Below the pieces are notes generated by a model. The model did not search any database, had not been told where the DNA came from, and worked only from the letters and a program-made list of their open reading frames with translations. Source: Thalia democratica (lineage: Eukaryota). From it: a stretch of 64,000 nt of DNA. How positions within the stretch are numbered: position 1 is the first letter of the stretch; each line of letters begins with the position of its first letter. Shown here piece by piece: positions 49,206 to 64,000 of the stretch. The stretch covers positions 36,890,001-36,954,000 of the forward strand of contig OZ241830.1 in the NCBI GenBank assembly GCA_965202585.1. Direction: 5' to 3'. A program made the translations under genes and the position numbers.

Positions 49206-51596
49206 AGAATTGAAACGTTTAAAAGCTTTGTATAAATTTGTTAAAAATTTGTTTTGACAAGAGAAACAAATTATTATTGATTGTTTCAGGACGTTTTATC
49301 ACAAAAAGTTATTTTAATTTACAATTTAAAAAAGTTATTTGTGTAAAAATATTTTTTTATTTTTTAATTAAAACGTAAGAAATACTAAAATGGAGGAAAA
49401 AATTATTTACTATGTTAGTAACCAAATAAAAATTATGCTTAAAGCAGAGCTTTTCAGATTTAGCTATTATTATTTATTATAAATCTGTACTAACTAAATA
49501 CTCCATACTATCTAAATTCTAAGTGTAAAGTCAGTTAAACTGTAATAGTTTTTTTATCTAATATATAGTACATTATACTTATATCTAAAAACCTTATTTT
49601 TATTAATATTATTATTATGTAATTTAAATAAAATTTGTTTATGTTTTTGTAAAAACAGTTAAATTGATTTCAAAGACTTAAACTGAAACTGAAATGTTTC
49701 AAAATCTAATAACACCATTAAAACTTTAAACAGTTTAAGAAACAATCGTATCGACTTTTACTTAAAAACAAGACCTTTGGATATTTTAAAGTATTATTAC
49801 ATCAAAATAAATTTTAGCCTGTAATTACTTACAGGAAAAACTAAAAACACATTTATATGTTTTAAATCGTCGTTCTTAAGCTTTTTTTATCAATTATACA
49901 AGTCTTCAACACAACTTACATAGGACCCACAGGAACATAGAAAGGACAAATTTTGTTTTATTTAGGATTAAACTAATGGGACCCACCCAAATGGTTGATT
50001 TAAGTACATTTATTACTTTTTTTAGTTGATCTTTTAGGATAAACTTGTCGTCGCCTATGTAATGATGTTTATGTAAATAACCTTTTTTTAGGTTTGACGT
50101 TTTTTTTGAATAATGGATTAATTTAGGTTTAAAAATAGGTGTACTTTTAAGTACAATTGTGTTGTTATAATGGAAAAATTTTTTGATAAAAATAAAGCTA
50201 AACTTTGAGCAAATAATTAAATACTTTAAACATTTATATTCAATCTTTATGGAAACCCACTTTTATACATTTTGTATGTAATCATATAAACACAGTTATT
50301 ACAATTTTTATAATGGTTTTTTTTTCATATTTATTGTAAATAATTTGGAATATTTTTCTTTATATCAAAATAACAAAGCATTAAAAGATATAAACGAAAA
50401 TTCTATAGAAAAAAACTAAAAAATAAAACAAAAATTGTCGCCTAGTTGTACTATTTTTGGTCTTGGTTTTTGTAGTTTTTAATATGAAAAATCAAACATA
50501 TTTTTAAACTTAATTGTAAGTATACTAATAATGAATAAGCATTTTAATATAACCTTGATTACAATCTAACTTGTTTACTACTTTAAAACCAAGCAAAATT
50601 TTTAGTTTATAACCTAAAGATTTTTTTTAATATTCTTGTGCACTTTAAATAATTGCAACTTTAAGCTATTGCTTTTATCAACAAACTATCAAAAGTAAGT
50701 TTAGGTAAATTTTTATAATATTGGTTTGTTTAACTTAAATTGTTGTTAGCAATAGTTTTTAAGATTTAGCTGCTGAACAAATTGAAGTATATTTTTAAAA
50801 CGATTAGTTTGTTTCTAATTATGTTATTTTCATAAGTTTATAATTTAATCATAAAACAGTAATAAAAAATGAACTATAAAGTACAATGTATACTTAAGAG
50901 AAAACTTATACTTATTTTACGTAAAGTGAGTTAACAAAACTTTGTTATTCATTTATATTTACCACTTGTGACAATCACGAGTTTCTTTGTCAAATAATCA
51001 ATTGTAACACAATTAGCTTTCATGAAAAATAAGTATTATATCTATTACCGCTTTTTAAAACTACTTACCTAAGTGCTAAAAATAAAGATAACATATTCAA
51101 AATGAGTTATATAAAATACGTTTAAACACTTGAGACAGTGAAAAAGTTGTTTAAAAAAACAACTATTAACTCATTTCAAGACACTAATCCCTTAAGAAAT
51201 TTACTAACTTCATTTTAGGTGCTTTAGTTTAAAAAATATTTTTTTTTATAAAGTAACATGCAAATTTCATAAATTAAAAAATTAAAATCTGCTTAGCATT
51301 ACCAGCCAAAATAAATAAGAGTTGCTTTATAGAAAAAAAAAACAAAGGTTTTTTTTTTTTTTTATGCTGAAAAATGTTTAACTTGGTTCACAAAATAAAG
51401 TATTAGCTTAGATCTACTTTCAATACAATATAATTAATAAAATATCAAAAAATCCGAAGTCAATATTAAAAAAAATTGGAAAGCTCAAAGGTAGTTTTAA
51501 ATTTAGTCAAAATGTTTTTTTTGTTTTGACTTATAAGACAGGGAAGCTTATCAATGATTCATCTTAAATCTACTGAATGATTTAAGCAAGTGAAAA

Positions 51597-54500
51597 ATAT
51601 GATAAAATCTACGTAAGTAAAAACCGTTTTTTAAAAGTAGTTTGTAAATAACATCATTTCAGTTTAATGTAGAAAGTTTTTGTTTAGTATACTGTTTATA
51701 TATTCTTTCAGGTTTGATAATATGTATAAAAACATTAAAAAATCAGAGTTGTCTAATTAAGTAGTCATACTCAGTTTAAAATAATTATTAATTTAATAAA
51801 ATTTAATTCAATTTTAAATAACATCTAAATACTTAAGATGTTATACACGAAACTGCTACTAGTTACATAAACTGTCCTTCAACCTAATACTATAAAATAT
51901 AAGTATTTGATTATTTAAATTAATATTTTAATTTGAAAATTTGTTTGACTTGCATCAAAATCCAGCTCCAAAATAACTTACAACTTAAAGTAACATTAAA
52001 TAAAATTGAATTTTATGTGCATACTATAAATTGTATTAAATAATTTTTCAGTTTTCACTCAACAGTAACAAGAAAAATTTCATTGTAACATCAAACATAA
52101 GTTTGAACGGATTGACACCGAAAATAACCAATTTGCGATTTTTTACAAAACAACTTTTCCGAAGAAAATTTTAACCAAATTGCAATGCGAATTATCTATA
52201 AAATATTTTAAAGCGTTTGTTATGATCGACATCTAAAACAACTGTTGTTTTACTTTTGCCTCTAAAACGTGCATGTAAGCAAACAGAAAGTCTAACTTTC
52301 GTTTCCTTTGCGCTGAAAAACTTTTACTAAGAAGAAACAAGCAGAACAATTTAATTCGAGCTTAATGTCGTTGTTTTGATTAAACACGTGTCGGTTTCTT
52401 TTTCTTTTGGTGAAAAAGGCGCTAATTAAAGTTGCTTTTCCAGCTAACTAAAACGAACAATGTTTTGCTGATGGTTTAATTCAGTTTGTATAAAACAAAG
52501 TTGTGTACACAAAGTTTAATTCTCGTGGTTTAAGAAAACTTTAGAATAAATAAGACCTTCTTCGCTCATTTTAGTTGGCCAAGTATATTAACAAACTTTC
52601 TTATTTGAAGACTAAAAATTCATCATTTATATTTTTGCAATATTTTAAAGTTGATTTCTAAGAAGATCTTAGCTTTTAAAGTTAGAAAATTTAATTAGAA
52701 CTCCAGAAAACAGTAGTATGTATGTACTATAATTTGTTATGTGAAATTTGTGCTAAAAATCTAATAACTCAAGTGGTTTGTTCTAACTTTGAAATTTATA
52801 CCATATTTTAAATCAAAAATGCATTTTCTTGACTTTTAATCTTGATAAACTTTAAAAATATTCAAGTAAATTTTTATAGTATTACTCATTTTTTTGAAAG
52901 CAACTTTCGTTGTGCAAAACAATGCTTAGTCTCGATACAATCTTTCAAAAAATCTCGAAAATATATTATAAGCTCAACACATAAGCACTTAGAAACACTT
53001 CTTAGCTGATTCAAATATTTTACTTGCTGTTTAACTTTTAAGAAGGGTTTTATGGTTGTTATGCAGCGTTGTTAGGGAGCAGCTGTGTAAATTCCTAAAG
53101 TGAAAGTTAATAAATGGTCACGGGTAACAACAATGGCCGATTAAAAATTGAACCGCTAATAACGTTTTATATTAAAGAAGTTCAAAGCTTGTTTCAAAGG
53201 GCAGTTTTGTAGAGATCATTGTTCGATTTTTTTTTTAGATGTTTAAAGCAAAACTTGGGAAAAAGAAATTACCATAGTGGTGCTTAGATGACACAATTAT
53301 TAGAAATAAAATGTAGTCTATCCGCATCATTGTGCGCAAAGCTGTTTGGTTATCTTGACATCAAACGAAAGTAGCTTTAAAGTTTATTTGAGAGCAAGCG
53401 ATAGCAATTTCAATATTTCGACCAAACCCGAACATTTTAATATAAAGCCGTTTCAGATATTAAGTAAACAGGTTGCAATTGCAAAACATGACAGTTAAGA
53501 TTATCCATTTTAAATCAAAGCGTGGCTTTTAAATCCATATCACTCTACTGCATGTGACGCGAGCCGCGTTCAGTCATTATGACGTCACAAACGCGTAGTC
53601 AGGTGGCCGACGACGAACTTAGTGAATTTCGGTGATTGGGCGATTACAAAATTGCATTTTTGTAAGACATGTGGCAGATATTATTAAAATGGTGACAAAT
53701 TAATTGGTGACACAATGAAACATGTCACAAGTGTAAGAAATAACTTCATTGTTTTTTTATATACAAAACATTCATTTTATTGATATTTTTATTATTGATA
53801 AAACATGTATAGCCAACATAGAAACTTATTTGCTAATTAAAATAACTGGCTACATTTAGCATTTTAAAAAAGAAACGCAAAAGATATGTCAAATATCAGA
53901 ACTACTAAAATAATTAAATATCAAAGTAAACTTCTTATTGTTACAGTACCAAACAACTTAAAATTTTTAGTCCTTTTTATTAAAAATTTAACTCAAAATA
54001 TAATTTTTTTGACAAAAAAAAAATCAGTAGTAAAAGTGCTGCTAACAATGTAGTCAAGCAAAATGGCGAAACGCATAAAGCGCATGAGTAAATAAAAGCG
54101 ACTAGAAATAAAATAATTGAAATTTTAAATCAAACTAATCAATAAAATTTTACTTAGCAAAAATAACTGACATGGCAGTTTAAAACAATAATACACAATT
54201 AACTCTTTTAGCAAGTTAACTTAACTTATTTTTGTTAATTTTAAAGCAGCTTTTACTGTTTTTTACCGATTATAAATTTAGGCTCACATTGAATAAGTTC
54301 AAGTATTTTTTAACTCTGTTTAAGACTGTTATAAGTATGATTAGCTTTTATTCTACTGACAAAAGACAGGCAACTTTGTTTATAAAATGGCTCTAGATTT
54401 TTAAAGTATAAGAAAAATTTAAGTAAGTGTTCACTTTTTTAACTATAGTTTATTTTATTAAAAATCGTTTTATTTAAAAGGACCAATTTGGTTATTTTTA

Positions 54501-57500
54501 AACGTTAGTAAAACAAAACAGCTGCATAAAATGAATAGAATGTACCTACCAAAACAAATTTCAGTACTATTAAAAAGAAATCAATATATTTAAACTTCTA
54601 TCTCTCTGTTTGTGATAGAAATTATGTAATTGTTATACACGATAAGGTGCTAATTGCACATTTCAAGTGTTTTATTTCTGTTATACTATATATTAATGTT
54701 TCCCAAAAAGAGTATATATCGTTCGAAGAAATTGTTTTCCTGTGCACAGATAAATGCGTAAATAAAACTTTGATGAGTATCTAAAACATTCCAAAATAAG
54801 TATACACCTAATTTTAATTGGAAAAATGTTTTTCAAGTAACTGTTATTAGGTTTTTTGTTGTTGTTTAAAATGAGCATTATTGAAATATATTTGTAAGAA
54901 TTTATTTAAATAAAAAAGCATTCATTGTCTTCATCTTTTTTTTAGCTACTTTGCACGGCTATTGAAGTTCGGTAAACTTTTTTAGATACTGTACATAAAT
55001 AAACTAAATAAAAATAAACTAAATGGTCTTGCAATTCAGCATAAATGAAAAGTTAAATCTATTTTATTAAAATATAAAAATAGTTAATTATCGATTCTTA
55101 ATATTGGTTTCGGGTTTTCCCTGTTTCTGAATCTGCTTCTTCACCTGCTTCATCAGCTCGTCTACGGAAACCCCCTTGTTGCTTGGCAACTTTCCGCCGT
55201 TGCTAGGACTGAACCTTTGCGGACCCTCGGACCCCGCGAAACTTTGCTGCTGATGGGGCCGCTGGATCTGATTATAGGCGGCGGTCATGAAGTGAGAGTT
55301 GTTAAAAGGGAAGTTCCCTCTGTTGAAACTCGACGCCCTCATGTGGTGGAACCTTGTGGCGCCAAAGTTGTTGGGGATACCCCTGCTGATTTGATGGGAA
55401 TTCCCCTGAATAGCGGCTTGCATGGCGGCTATTTGCTGCTGGGCCATCAGCGCGTAGTTCTGATTGAAGTTTGATTGACAGAACAACTGGCCGGTTGAAA
55501 GGGGATTACCCTGAATCGGCATGTTGTAGTAGGGATGATTTGGATAATCTGATGGAATATTTAAAACTAACAAAAAATCGTTAAAGTTGACTAAAACATT
55601 ATTTCAAAATAAAGTCAGTTTGTTTTCTTGAGTAAGCTTAATTAGATTTATTTAGATAAAATAAAATAAAATGGTATGCGTTACAATTAGTAGCTAGTTT
55701 AATAAAACAAGTAAAAGTTTATAAGAATGATAATATCTTTTGAAACATAGTTTAACTGACTTTCCATAGCTTTTGCATGAGATGATTGTTTCTGAACTTT
55801 TTTGCTAATTTCCATCTCACTGTCAGGTGACAATTTTCTTTTTAAGTTTTTCGGGTGATTGAAATTCGGTGGCACCCCATAGTTCTCCGTGTTCTTTTGA
55901 TTTAACATCTACAAAAAATAAAAAATAGAGTTTTATATGATTTGGTAAACTTTTAAAAGTATCAGAAATTAAATACTTCAAAGCCATAATGGAGTGTTAA
56001 AAAGTTCAACATCTACAAAAACGTATTAAAACTTGTTATGCTTTAATAAATTTTTAAACAAACTAATAATACAATAAAGAGTTTTAAGTACATAAAGGAT
56101 TCTTTATGAAAAATTATTAAATCATACCTGCTTTATAGTGTCCATCACATTGCAATTGTGTTCCTGATAAACTTTGGAGAGATAATTCTTGTCGCTTTCA
56201 GGGAAAAGCTTGTAAAGAATTGCGGAGTCTTGTTGCTTGCTTTAAAATAAATAAAGTAATTAAAAAAAAAGATTTAAAATGCTAAAAATTTAAACTGCCA
56301 ATAAAATAAAATTCCAAAAACTAGTATTAAAATAAGCTTGATTGAATGTTTAAATCCAATATAAGCAAAGCTTGTAAATAAAAAGTATTGAAAAGTTTGT
56401 ACCTTTTTTGTACAACCCCGTGCTTTTCTGACAATTTAACATCAAAATCCGCATAATTTAGAGCTTCATTATTGCAAACATCTGAACTTTGAAAAGGAGA
56501 TTTTGAGCCTTCGTTAATAATGGAACTACTTGTTTTGTTTCCTTCTATAAGTTTTTAAAACCAAGTTAAACAAGCTTTAATGAACATAAATTAAAAGTAA
56601 CACTTTGGTATATAAAGTTTATTTGTTATTAGTAATTTTTCAGAAATACGTTTAATCTAAAAAATATTTTGAACAATAACTTGAATAGTTACATAAAAAG
56701 TACATTTTTATTTAATATTTTCTAACTAACCTGATTTGCTGCCGGACACCGAAGCAATCGACGGCTTTGCTTTGAACTCGTCGACATTTTCCTCCTTTTC
56801 CGTGGGAACTTTCTCCTCCGAGCTTGCCACAGGTGACTTCACCGATGACGTCACTAGCAAGCTTCCGGTGGGCGAGCTGCCGGCGGAACTGTGGTGATTC
56901 AGGTACCCGTTGCTAGTGGCAACCTCGGGGAACGGGGGGTTAAAAGGGGTCTTGTTGATGTTGTACATCAGCTGCAGCTCTTTCGCTTCGTTTTCTTCCT
57001 GCGCCTGTTGCCTTCTGAGGGCTACCTGTGTTTAAAGAACTCAAATTAAAACAAATAACTAGCAGTTGAAGTATTCTTAGGACAAAGTGCTCAAATGCAG
57101 TAAAACAACTAAAGCAACTGTATGAAATACAAAAACGTTTGCATAAGAATCAAAAATAAAAAAGTTTTCAAAACTGATTAAATTGATTTATGAAATTGAT
57201 TTTCAATTTTCAAAAATTTTAGACCGATTAAACTATCTAAATTACTAAACTTATCAAACAAGTTATATTATTCTAATTTTCAAACCTGAGCCGCCATGAC
57301 CCTCTGCCTCTCTGCAATCAAGGTGCACTTTGCGCACATGCAGTCCTTCCACTTGCAGTACCTCTTGTGGCCCTTCAGAGGGGAAACCACCCCGTGGTTG
57401 CGGCATCTGGCGCATTTGGGGGCGCGCGGGTATTTATCTGCATTGGAAACTGTTGTCCGTAGCAACGCCGGGTGGCGGTGGTCGTTTGGGGGTTCTCCCT

Positions 57501-60500
57501 GGTTTAAGATCATCTGTTGGGTTGATTGAAGGTCGAAGACGGAGGAGGTGGGAGTCTGCATCAGTTGGTTTGAAAAATTCATATATTTTGATATTCAATT
57601 AAACTAGCTGCAATTTTTTATATTTTAGGTAGTTTACTAAATAAAATCTACTTAATCATATCAAATAAAAACAATAAAAGTATAATAGATAAAAAGCAGT
57701 ATCAGTCAGGCCTTTTGCTGGGAATGTTGGTATAGTAAGTTAACAGAAATAGCTGAGCTGATTAATTGTAATACATTTTTTATTCATTTTGTAAAAGCAG
57801 GTCAGACTGAAAGATAAAATATAAAATACATTGAAACTGATGGTAGTTAACATTCTACAATTACCCGACGCGTACCATCTGGTATTCTTTTCACAAGCTA
57901 AAACTTTTTTATTTTCAATATAGAACATAAGTTGTTATTGTATCTGCAACTAAACTATTTTCAGCTTCGAAATAAACAAAAAACTGTAAAAAACAAAATT
58001 AGTTTGCTTTTGATAGTAAAACATTACGAATACTTCTAGTCGGGCTTCTAATGATAAATAAGTTTTACGCCTTTCCTTGTGCTGAAATTATTTTTCTTCT
58101 CAAAATGTCTCTCTTTCATACTATATTTGTTCTCTTAATTTTTCTCTCATATTTATATTACTTCTCTCGTTAAAAATTCGTACCCGTGTAGCACAACTTG
58201 TAAACAGATATTTTAACTGTTTATTTAGTTTTTGCAAAACTAATTGAAAATTTTTCAAACTTTTAATATAATTTTCTTGAAGAATATATTATCAATTACC
58301 TTTTATGTACTAATTAGTTTTCAATGAAATTATAAATGATTTGTACGGTTATTGTAAATGTAAAAAATTTCAAAAACTGTTTAGTTTTCTTAATAAGAAG
58401 GCAAGTTGTTTGGGGATTGTAATTATAAAACATTACACTTAAAAAACTTTGATATCCTGATGTATAAATTACCAAAATATATTTCGATTAAAAAAAAAAA
58501 GTTAAAGTTAACTAAATAACGTATACCTGTTTTATTTTCATTGGACGAACTTACTATTAATTTGTATAAAGCTCTTATAAACAAAAAAAAAGTTTGTCTG
58601 CCTTAAAATTATAATATAATTAAAACTTTTTAAATCAAGATAATAGTATGAAATCATTTAATCTACCTTTACAATCTATTTACAAAAAAAAAAACGTTAA
58701 AAAATTGCAACATAAAAAAGAATTCAACTTATAGTATCTTTCATTATTATAAAAAATTTTAGTATCTAATAATAGGGCAGTATTCAAACAACAATTAACA
58801 AATTAAACAAAGGGACAGCATACACAATGTAACAGAGATAAATGATAGGTTTGTAGGTGGTCCGGCTTGGAAGTTTAAAAAATTAAAGCAAGTTGTCAGC
58901 TTTTAAATATTAAGTTATGCTCTATTTCAAATTAGGTTGAAAATCATACAAATTAAACTTTTCCGGCGTTCTATAGATAAAGCAGCGCTGTTATAAAAAA
59001 TTAATTGCTTATTGCTACAATGAGGTAATACTTACATATCTTAATATCAGTAATTTTTTTTTGTTCTATTAACAACACATTATTACAGTTCAAGTTATTG
59101 TGTTTTAACATTTAAAACTTTTTCTAAGTCGTAAAATATATTCATAAACCTTTATTGCTAATAACAAACACTAATTTTAAAGTTAGTACAAAAAAAAATC
59201 TGTTCAAAACTTTTGTTAAACTTTTATTGTTTAAACAGTAAGTTTTTAGTTTAAACTACTTTTGCTTTGTTTTTGAAATAATTCTTTAAAAGCTTTAAAA
59301 GAAAGTATGTTTTGTTTTAAACTTTTTAAAACAGTTTTAGAATTATTTTTTTATTAAACATCATTTATTTAGTTTAGACAACTTAAAATAAAATTTAAGC
59401 AAAAATTTTCCTTTAAAGTTCAAACATAAATATCATCTAAGGGCTTTATTGTTACTGTATAACAATATAGCAATTAAATAATTATGAATAGCTAAAAAAA
59501 CTTGTATAAAAATTAAAACTATAAAGTGTACTAAATTACCTAACTCAATACAATCAAGTTTTTTTATTCCAATTTTTAGTTATTGAATTAATATTACTTG
59601 AAAAGTGCAGAAACAACAAGTTCGGATAGTTTATTACGTAATAATGAAAAAGGGACGGAAACGCAATTAAATCGTTTTGTTTATTTTGATTTTGATCTCA
59701 AGTTTCAGCACCGTTATGGGTAAGAAAGATTCTGTTCGCATAAGACGACTATTTGTGCACGCGTATAGAGTTACGCAGATGTGAATTGAATAAAAAAAGT
59801 GAATATTTTACAGGTATATAGTAAGAGATTATAATTTATAATCTTCTGTTTAATTAAAAAGTAAATATAGAAATATTTAAAATAGTATTTTTTAAAAGCT
59901 TAAAAATGTCTTTCCGTCTTATTTAGTTTAAAAAGTTCAATTATCTCAGCTTATAATATACTAAACGTTGTCACCCAAAACAAATTATTACTTCAGTTTT
60001 ACAAGAAATAAAAACTTACACCAGAATATAGAAACTTTGACTCTGTCAGACATAGTGTCTAGTTTTATAAATTTAAAAAAAGCTTAAGTTATAAATTAAA
60101 AATACATAAGTTAACTGTCTCATTAGATATAAATAAGATTTTTTTATTTTGACACACAAAGAACAGTTGATGCAAATATTCTTTGTCGTCGTGAATCGCG
60201 AAATTTTGCACGAACTTTCTAAACAAAAGGAGTAAGACAATGATGTTTAAGTTTCTAGTTTTAAAAAATTAATAATAAACTCAAGCAGTTGACTGCAACT
60301 TTTTAGCAATTCAATAGCTATTTTCTGCGACATAATTTTTGCAAAAGTGCTTCTTTTGTTAACAGCTGAAATTAAAAAGTTTACAACAAAAAAAATTACT
60401 TTTTTGCAGTTATGTTCACACACTTTACATTAAAAAATTAAAAACGCATTTTTTAAACAAATATAAAAACTTTATAGATTATTATGTAAGTCAGGTGTTG

Positions 60501-63500
60501 ATTATTATTAGATAATGTTAATAAAATATAATCATTATTTATATTATTTTTTTAAAAGTTTATTGTCAAACGAAGGACCTATGCATTAAAACCTAAGCCA
60601 CTTAAACTGAAAGACACTAACATAAAAAGAAAAAACAAATTACAGTTTCAAAACAAACATAAAACCCATACAAAGCACAAACTGAAAAAACTAAAATTTT
60701 CACAACCAAAATATAAAACGATTCCAAAGTCACCAATCTCAAATTATACATTCCAAAACAGCAAATCTTTGAAACAAGCATCTCTTGTCAAAATTCTTCA
60801 GAACCTGGCTCAAAATTCATTATATTCAAATTCAAATTATGTACATTAATTTTTGTTTTTCATTCAACTTTTTCAAATTGTAATAGATATTATTAACAAC
60901 TAAAATCTATACTAGATCTGGAAACTATTTTTTTCAAAATTAAATTAAGATAACTACATAATACATAATTGACTTGATTTCAAAAAATTTTAGTTTATAT
61001 TTTTATTTCTTAAGAAATAACTTTTTAGTTAATCCAAAAATTGTCACTACGTGTTTAGAAATAAACAATTAATAAGAAAACAGTCTATAAACAATTGTTA
61101 AATGCGTACAAAAAGTAAAGTAAAACTACTTGCTGTTCTTCAAGTATGATGATAAGTGGTTAATTTCAAAATTAAGAAACTACTATCAAAAACACTGAGA
61201 TTTATTGTATTCCACTTCTTTCAAGTAGAAGTATCTGATAAACTTCTTTGTTCTCAAGTTTATGTTAAGTACAAACAACGATATGCTAAGCAATAATCCG
61301 AACATTATCAATAAAAAAATTTACTTAGTATTATCTGAAAAAGGGTGTTAGCTCAGACATGTTTTTTTAACATACTTGTGGGCTTTTCTTGAAAATAAAA
61401 CAAAACGTTTTGATAGTAGAATACTTAAAACCTACAAAACAAATTTCAGATTTTTTTGACTAATTATTTAACGAAACAACTTCATCAACAAATGAATTCT
61501 TGAAATGTGCACGGTTCAATTAAGCTGAATGCGATATCTTAGTTAATGAGTTTAAAATAGAAACTATAACAAGTCTATTGAAACAGTATTTTATTTATCA
61601 TGTGAATGCGATTTATCCCGTCTTAATCAAATAGTTTCTAAAATTTAACGACGCCTTAAATTAAGTAAATTTAGAAAGTAATTTTTATCTTCTTTTGGTA
61701 GTTTTTTGTTTTCATAACAATAAAAACTTAAACAAGTTTTTCAGTGTTTAATAACTTTAGATTAACGCTTTAGTTAACAGAATTATAAAATAGAAAAGTC
61801 TAAAAATCAGTTTAATTATACTTGTTAAAATATAATTATAAAGAAACAATACTGTTTCTTTATAAACTTAAAAAACTCTGTTTTACAAAAAAAAAAATTT
61901 CATTATTGCAGTTTTACACGTTCTAAAAAATGATTTAGTTTTAAAAACAGAGCAACTAAAGTAAAAAGTTAACGTTTTTGTTTTAGTTTATTCCAACGCA
62001 CAACAGTAACTATTTTGAAGTATTTATCTACTGAGACACAAAAAACAATTTAGTTATTTATCATTGCAAAATTACATTTAAAAAAAATACAAGCTTTTTG
62101 TAAAATTAAAAAATCACCTAACAATTGCTGGTTCGACTTTCTAACTATTAACAGGTGTGCTTCAAGGTTCAATATCAACGAAATATTTAAACCAGCAATA
62201 TTGATAAATTTGAGCCCCTTTTGTCATAACAACTATTAATATGTCAGTTCGTTGTACCGTGTGTGGGCCTGGGTGGTTTTTTGTAGTTTCAAGATGCAAC
62301 ATAAACAACTGTCACATGTTTCATTTTAAACGTTTTTTCTGGTCTTTTTCGAAAATACTTCACGTGCAGGGATTAGAGGTTTAGTTTTGTTAGGTTATGT
62401 TTGTTAATCTGTGAACATTTTCTATCGCGTTTGCTTTGAAGTGTTATAGTTTTTTTTTTTTGAACGGTTGAAAAGTGCAGCTTATCTACTTAAATGTTAA
62501 AAATGTTGGTTACTGATTGCTGATTCACTGCAGAAAACAATTTTTCACTTTTAAATCGTTCATTAAGTTACTTTATTTGTAATGTACTAGAGTAATTATC
62601 AGTTGAAAATAAATTTTATTTATGGCTATTCTATCTCTGGACATCTAAAAATATTTTATAAGTACTCAATAAATTTGACGTCTCAAAATGGTTGAAGCAT
62701 TAAAACAGAGTTTTAACTAAAACAGTTACAACTGTGACAATTATTATATAAATATTGATTTATTAACATTTCAGCAAATACTACAAATTATTAGCACATA
62801 TTAAGTATAAAATTGTCTTCTTTATATAAAGTTTTAGCAATAACCTTTTTGTTTTGTAAAAAGGTTAAAAAACACACAATGACAACTACTAATCATTTAA
62901 TGAAAACAAATTAAAGTTCAATCTTATATGTCGAAAAATATATAATCTGATAAGAATGCTGTAAAAACATTATTAATCTGAAAGTACCAAAGTTTAATGA
63001 TTTTTACTGTAGATAAAACTATTTATTTTTACAAGATCTTTGCATCTTTTGCATTGTTAAGCTTTTAAGTGTTTGACGATTTTATTATATTTAAGCATAT
63101 ATACTTTTTCCTTCTTAATGCAAAAAAAAAAGTGGAAATTTATAGTTTTTAAAAGTAATACCAAAGATAGCGAATTAGTAAATCACTTTTTATATCGCAT
63201 GTTCGAACTAAAATAAATACAACTAAGCGAAAACATAGATGTATTTTTGTTTTCAAATAATTATTCAATCTTAAAATAACTCCGAATACTTATGAAGGGA
63301 AACATTTTGCATCCAATTATTTATAAATTCATTACTAGTATCTTTTAAAAACCGAAGCAATAAAACTATTTAATAAGTTATTTTGGTTTATAAGATAAAA
63401 TACTATATCTGATTTTTTATAACTTTGATTTATTCAACTTTATATTTAGTCGTTTAATACTTTTCGTATCATAAGAATTTCAAATAGAGGTGTTCCAGTC

Positions 63501-64000
63501 TCCATCTATATTTATCACCGATTAACAAAACAATCAAATCGGCTACTGTTTCAATTTAATTTCAAAACTTCATTCAACTTCAAACTATTAGTTGCGCAAC
63601 GAATTCGACACTCTTATGTGTGACTTAAACCACGGCGCCACCAATACTAACGCAGAAGCATCCATCTTGCTCAACCCGGTGTTACGTCATAATGCTTGGC
63701 AACAGTGCAGATAATCAACTAGGTCGAGATTGCAGCAGAATCGATGATATTTACGAGGCGCCACGGAATTTTTAGAAAGTTTAAACACCATCGAGGTGTT
63801 GAGAGATTAAAACTTTTTATTGTTAAAACTTTATTCGGGGTGGTATATTTCAACTTGTCAACACCGTGACGTATTATCATTATTACATCATACTTGACAA
63901 TAAGATACAGTCGAAGTTTTTTTCTGTTTTGCGTAATCTTCATTGTGTTTTTAATAAACTTCTAAATTATTTCATTTTTAGTGGTCTCCCAGTTTTTTTT
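51597..64000 (+). repeat. Tandem segmental duplication, copy B, which runs off the window end
   Basis: Colinear with 26270-42990. Confidence 0.95.
55088..57582 (-). CDS. dmrtA: DMRTA/Dmrt99B-like DM-domain transcription factor, copy 2, intact, 484 aa. Exons: 57582-57286, 57025-56731, 56544-56403, 56239-56128, 55908-55761, 55548-55088.
   Basis: The exons sum to 1455 nt (485 codons) with no internal stop. All introns are GT-AG with matching phases (0,1,2,0,1). [52 protein letters not shown]|[21 protein letters not shown] is the DMRTA/99B-type DM domain. The DMA-like segment is [32 protein letters not shown], followed by a Q/P/S-rich C-terminus. Confidence 0.95.

Noticed and set aside
2573-57582. 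Genome-wide reassignment of TAA/TAG to Gln (ciliate-type code)
   Set aside because: DMRT copy 2 has 484 sense codons with many CAA/CAG and no internal TAA/TAG. The BTB, Kelch and DMRT genes all end in TAA followed by non-coding-looking sequence.
26270-64000. The duplication is an assembly artefact of two alleles
   Set aside because: About 64% protein identity in exon 3 and kilobase-scale indels look too divergent for alleles. Read depth is still needed to exclude this formally.

Overview
Very AT-rich animal (metazoan) genomic DNA with spliceosomal introns. I found no prokaryotic, CRISPR, rRNA or tRNA features. All exon structures below were reconstructed by hand from GT-AG sites and codon-phase continuity. 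(1) Minus strand, 2.6-7.5 kb: a chain of nine phase-compatible exons. Four are tetraspanin-like, and they can splice in frame into a BTB exon and then four exons encoding a MITD1-C-terminal-like (PLD-fold, HDR motif) domain. There is one in-frame TAG. I do not recognise this architecture. (2) 5.7-22 kb: hAT-type MITEs and a 3.5-kb hAT element with a perfect 8-bp target-site duplication (TSD). (3) Plus strand, 20.7-23.7 kb: a two-exon BACK-Kelch gene with a single in-frame TAA. (4) 26.3 kb to the window end: an old direct tandem duplication (offset about 21-25 kb) carrying two six-coding-exon DMRTA/Dmrt99B-like genes with DM and DMA domains. The distal copy (55.1-57.6 kb) is intact, 484 aa. The proximal copy (31.2-33.7 kb) keeps every exon length and splice site. 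It has two TAA stops upstream of the DM domain, a paralog-specific strong-context ATG six codons before the PKCARC motif, two substitutions in the conserved MAAQ helix, and a 13-aa C-terminal truncation. It is either a re-started truncated paralog or a young pseudogene. Near-identical non-coding islands shared by the two copies mark candidate cis-regulatory elements.
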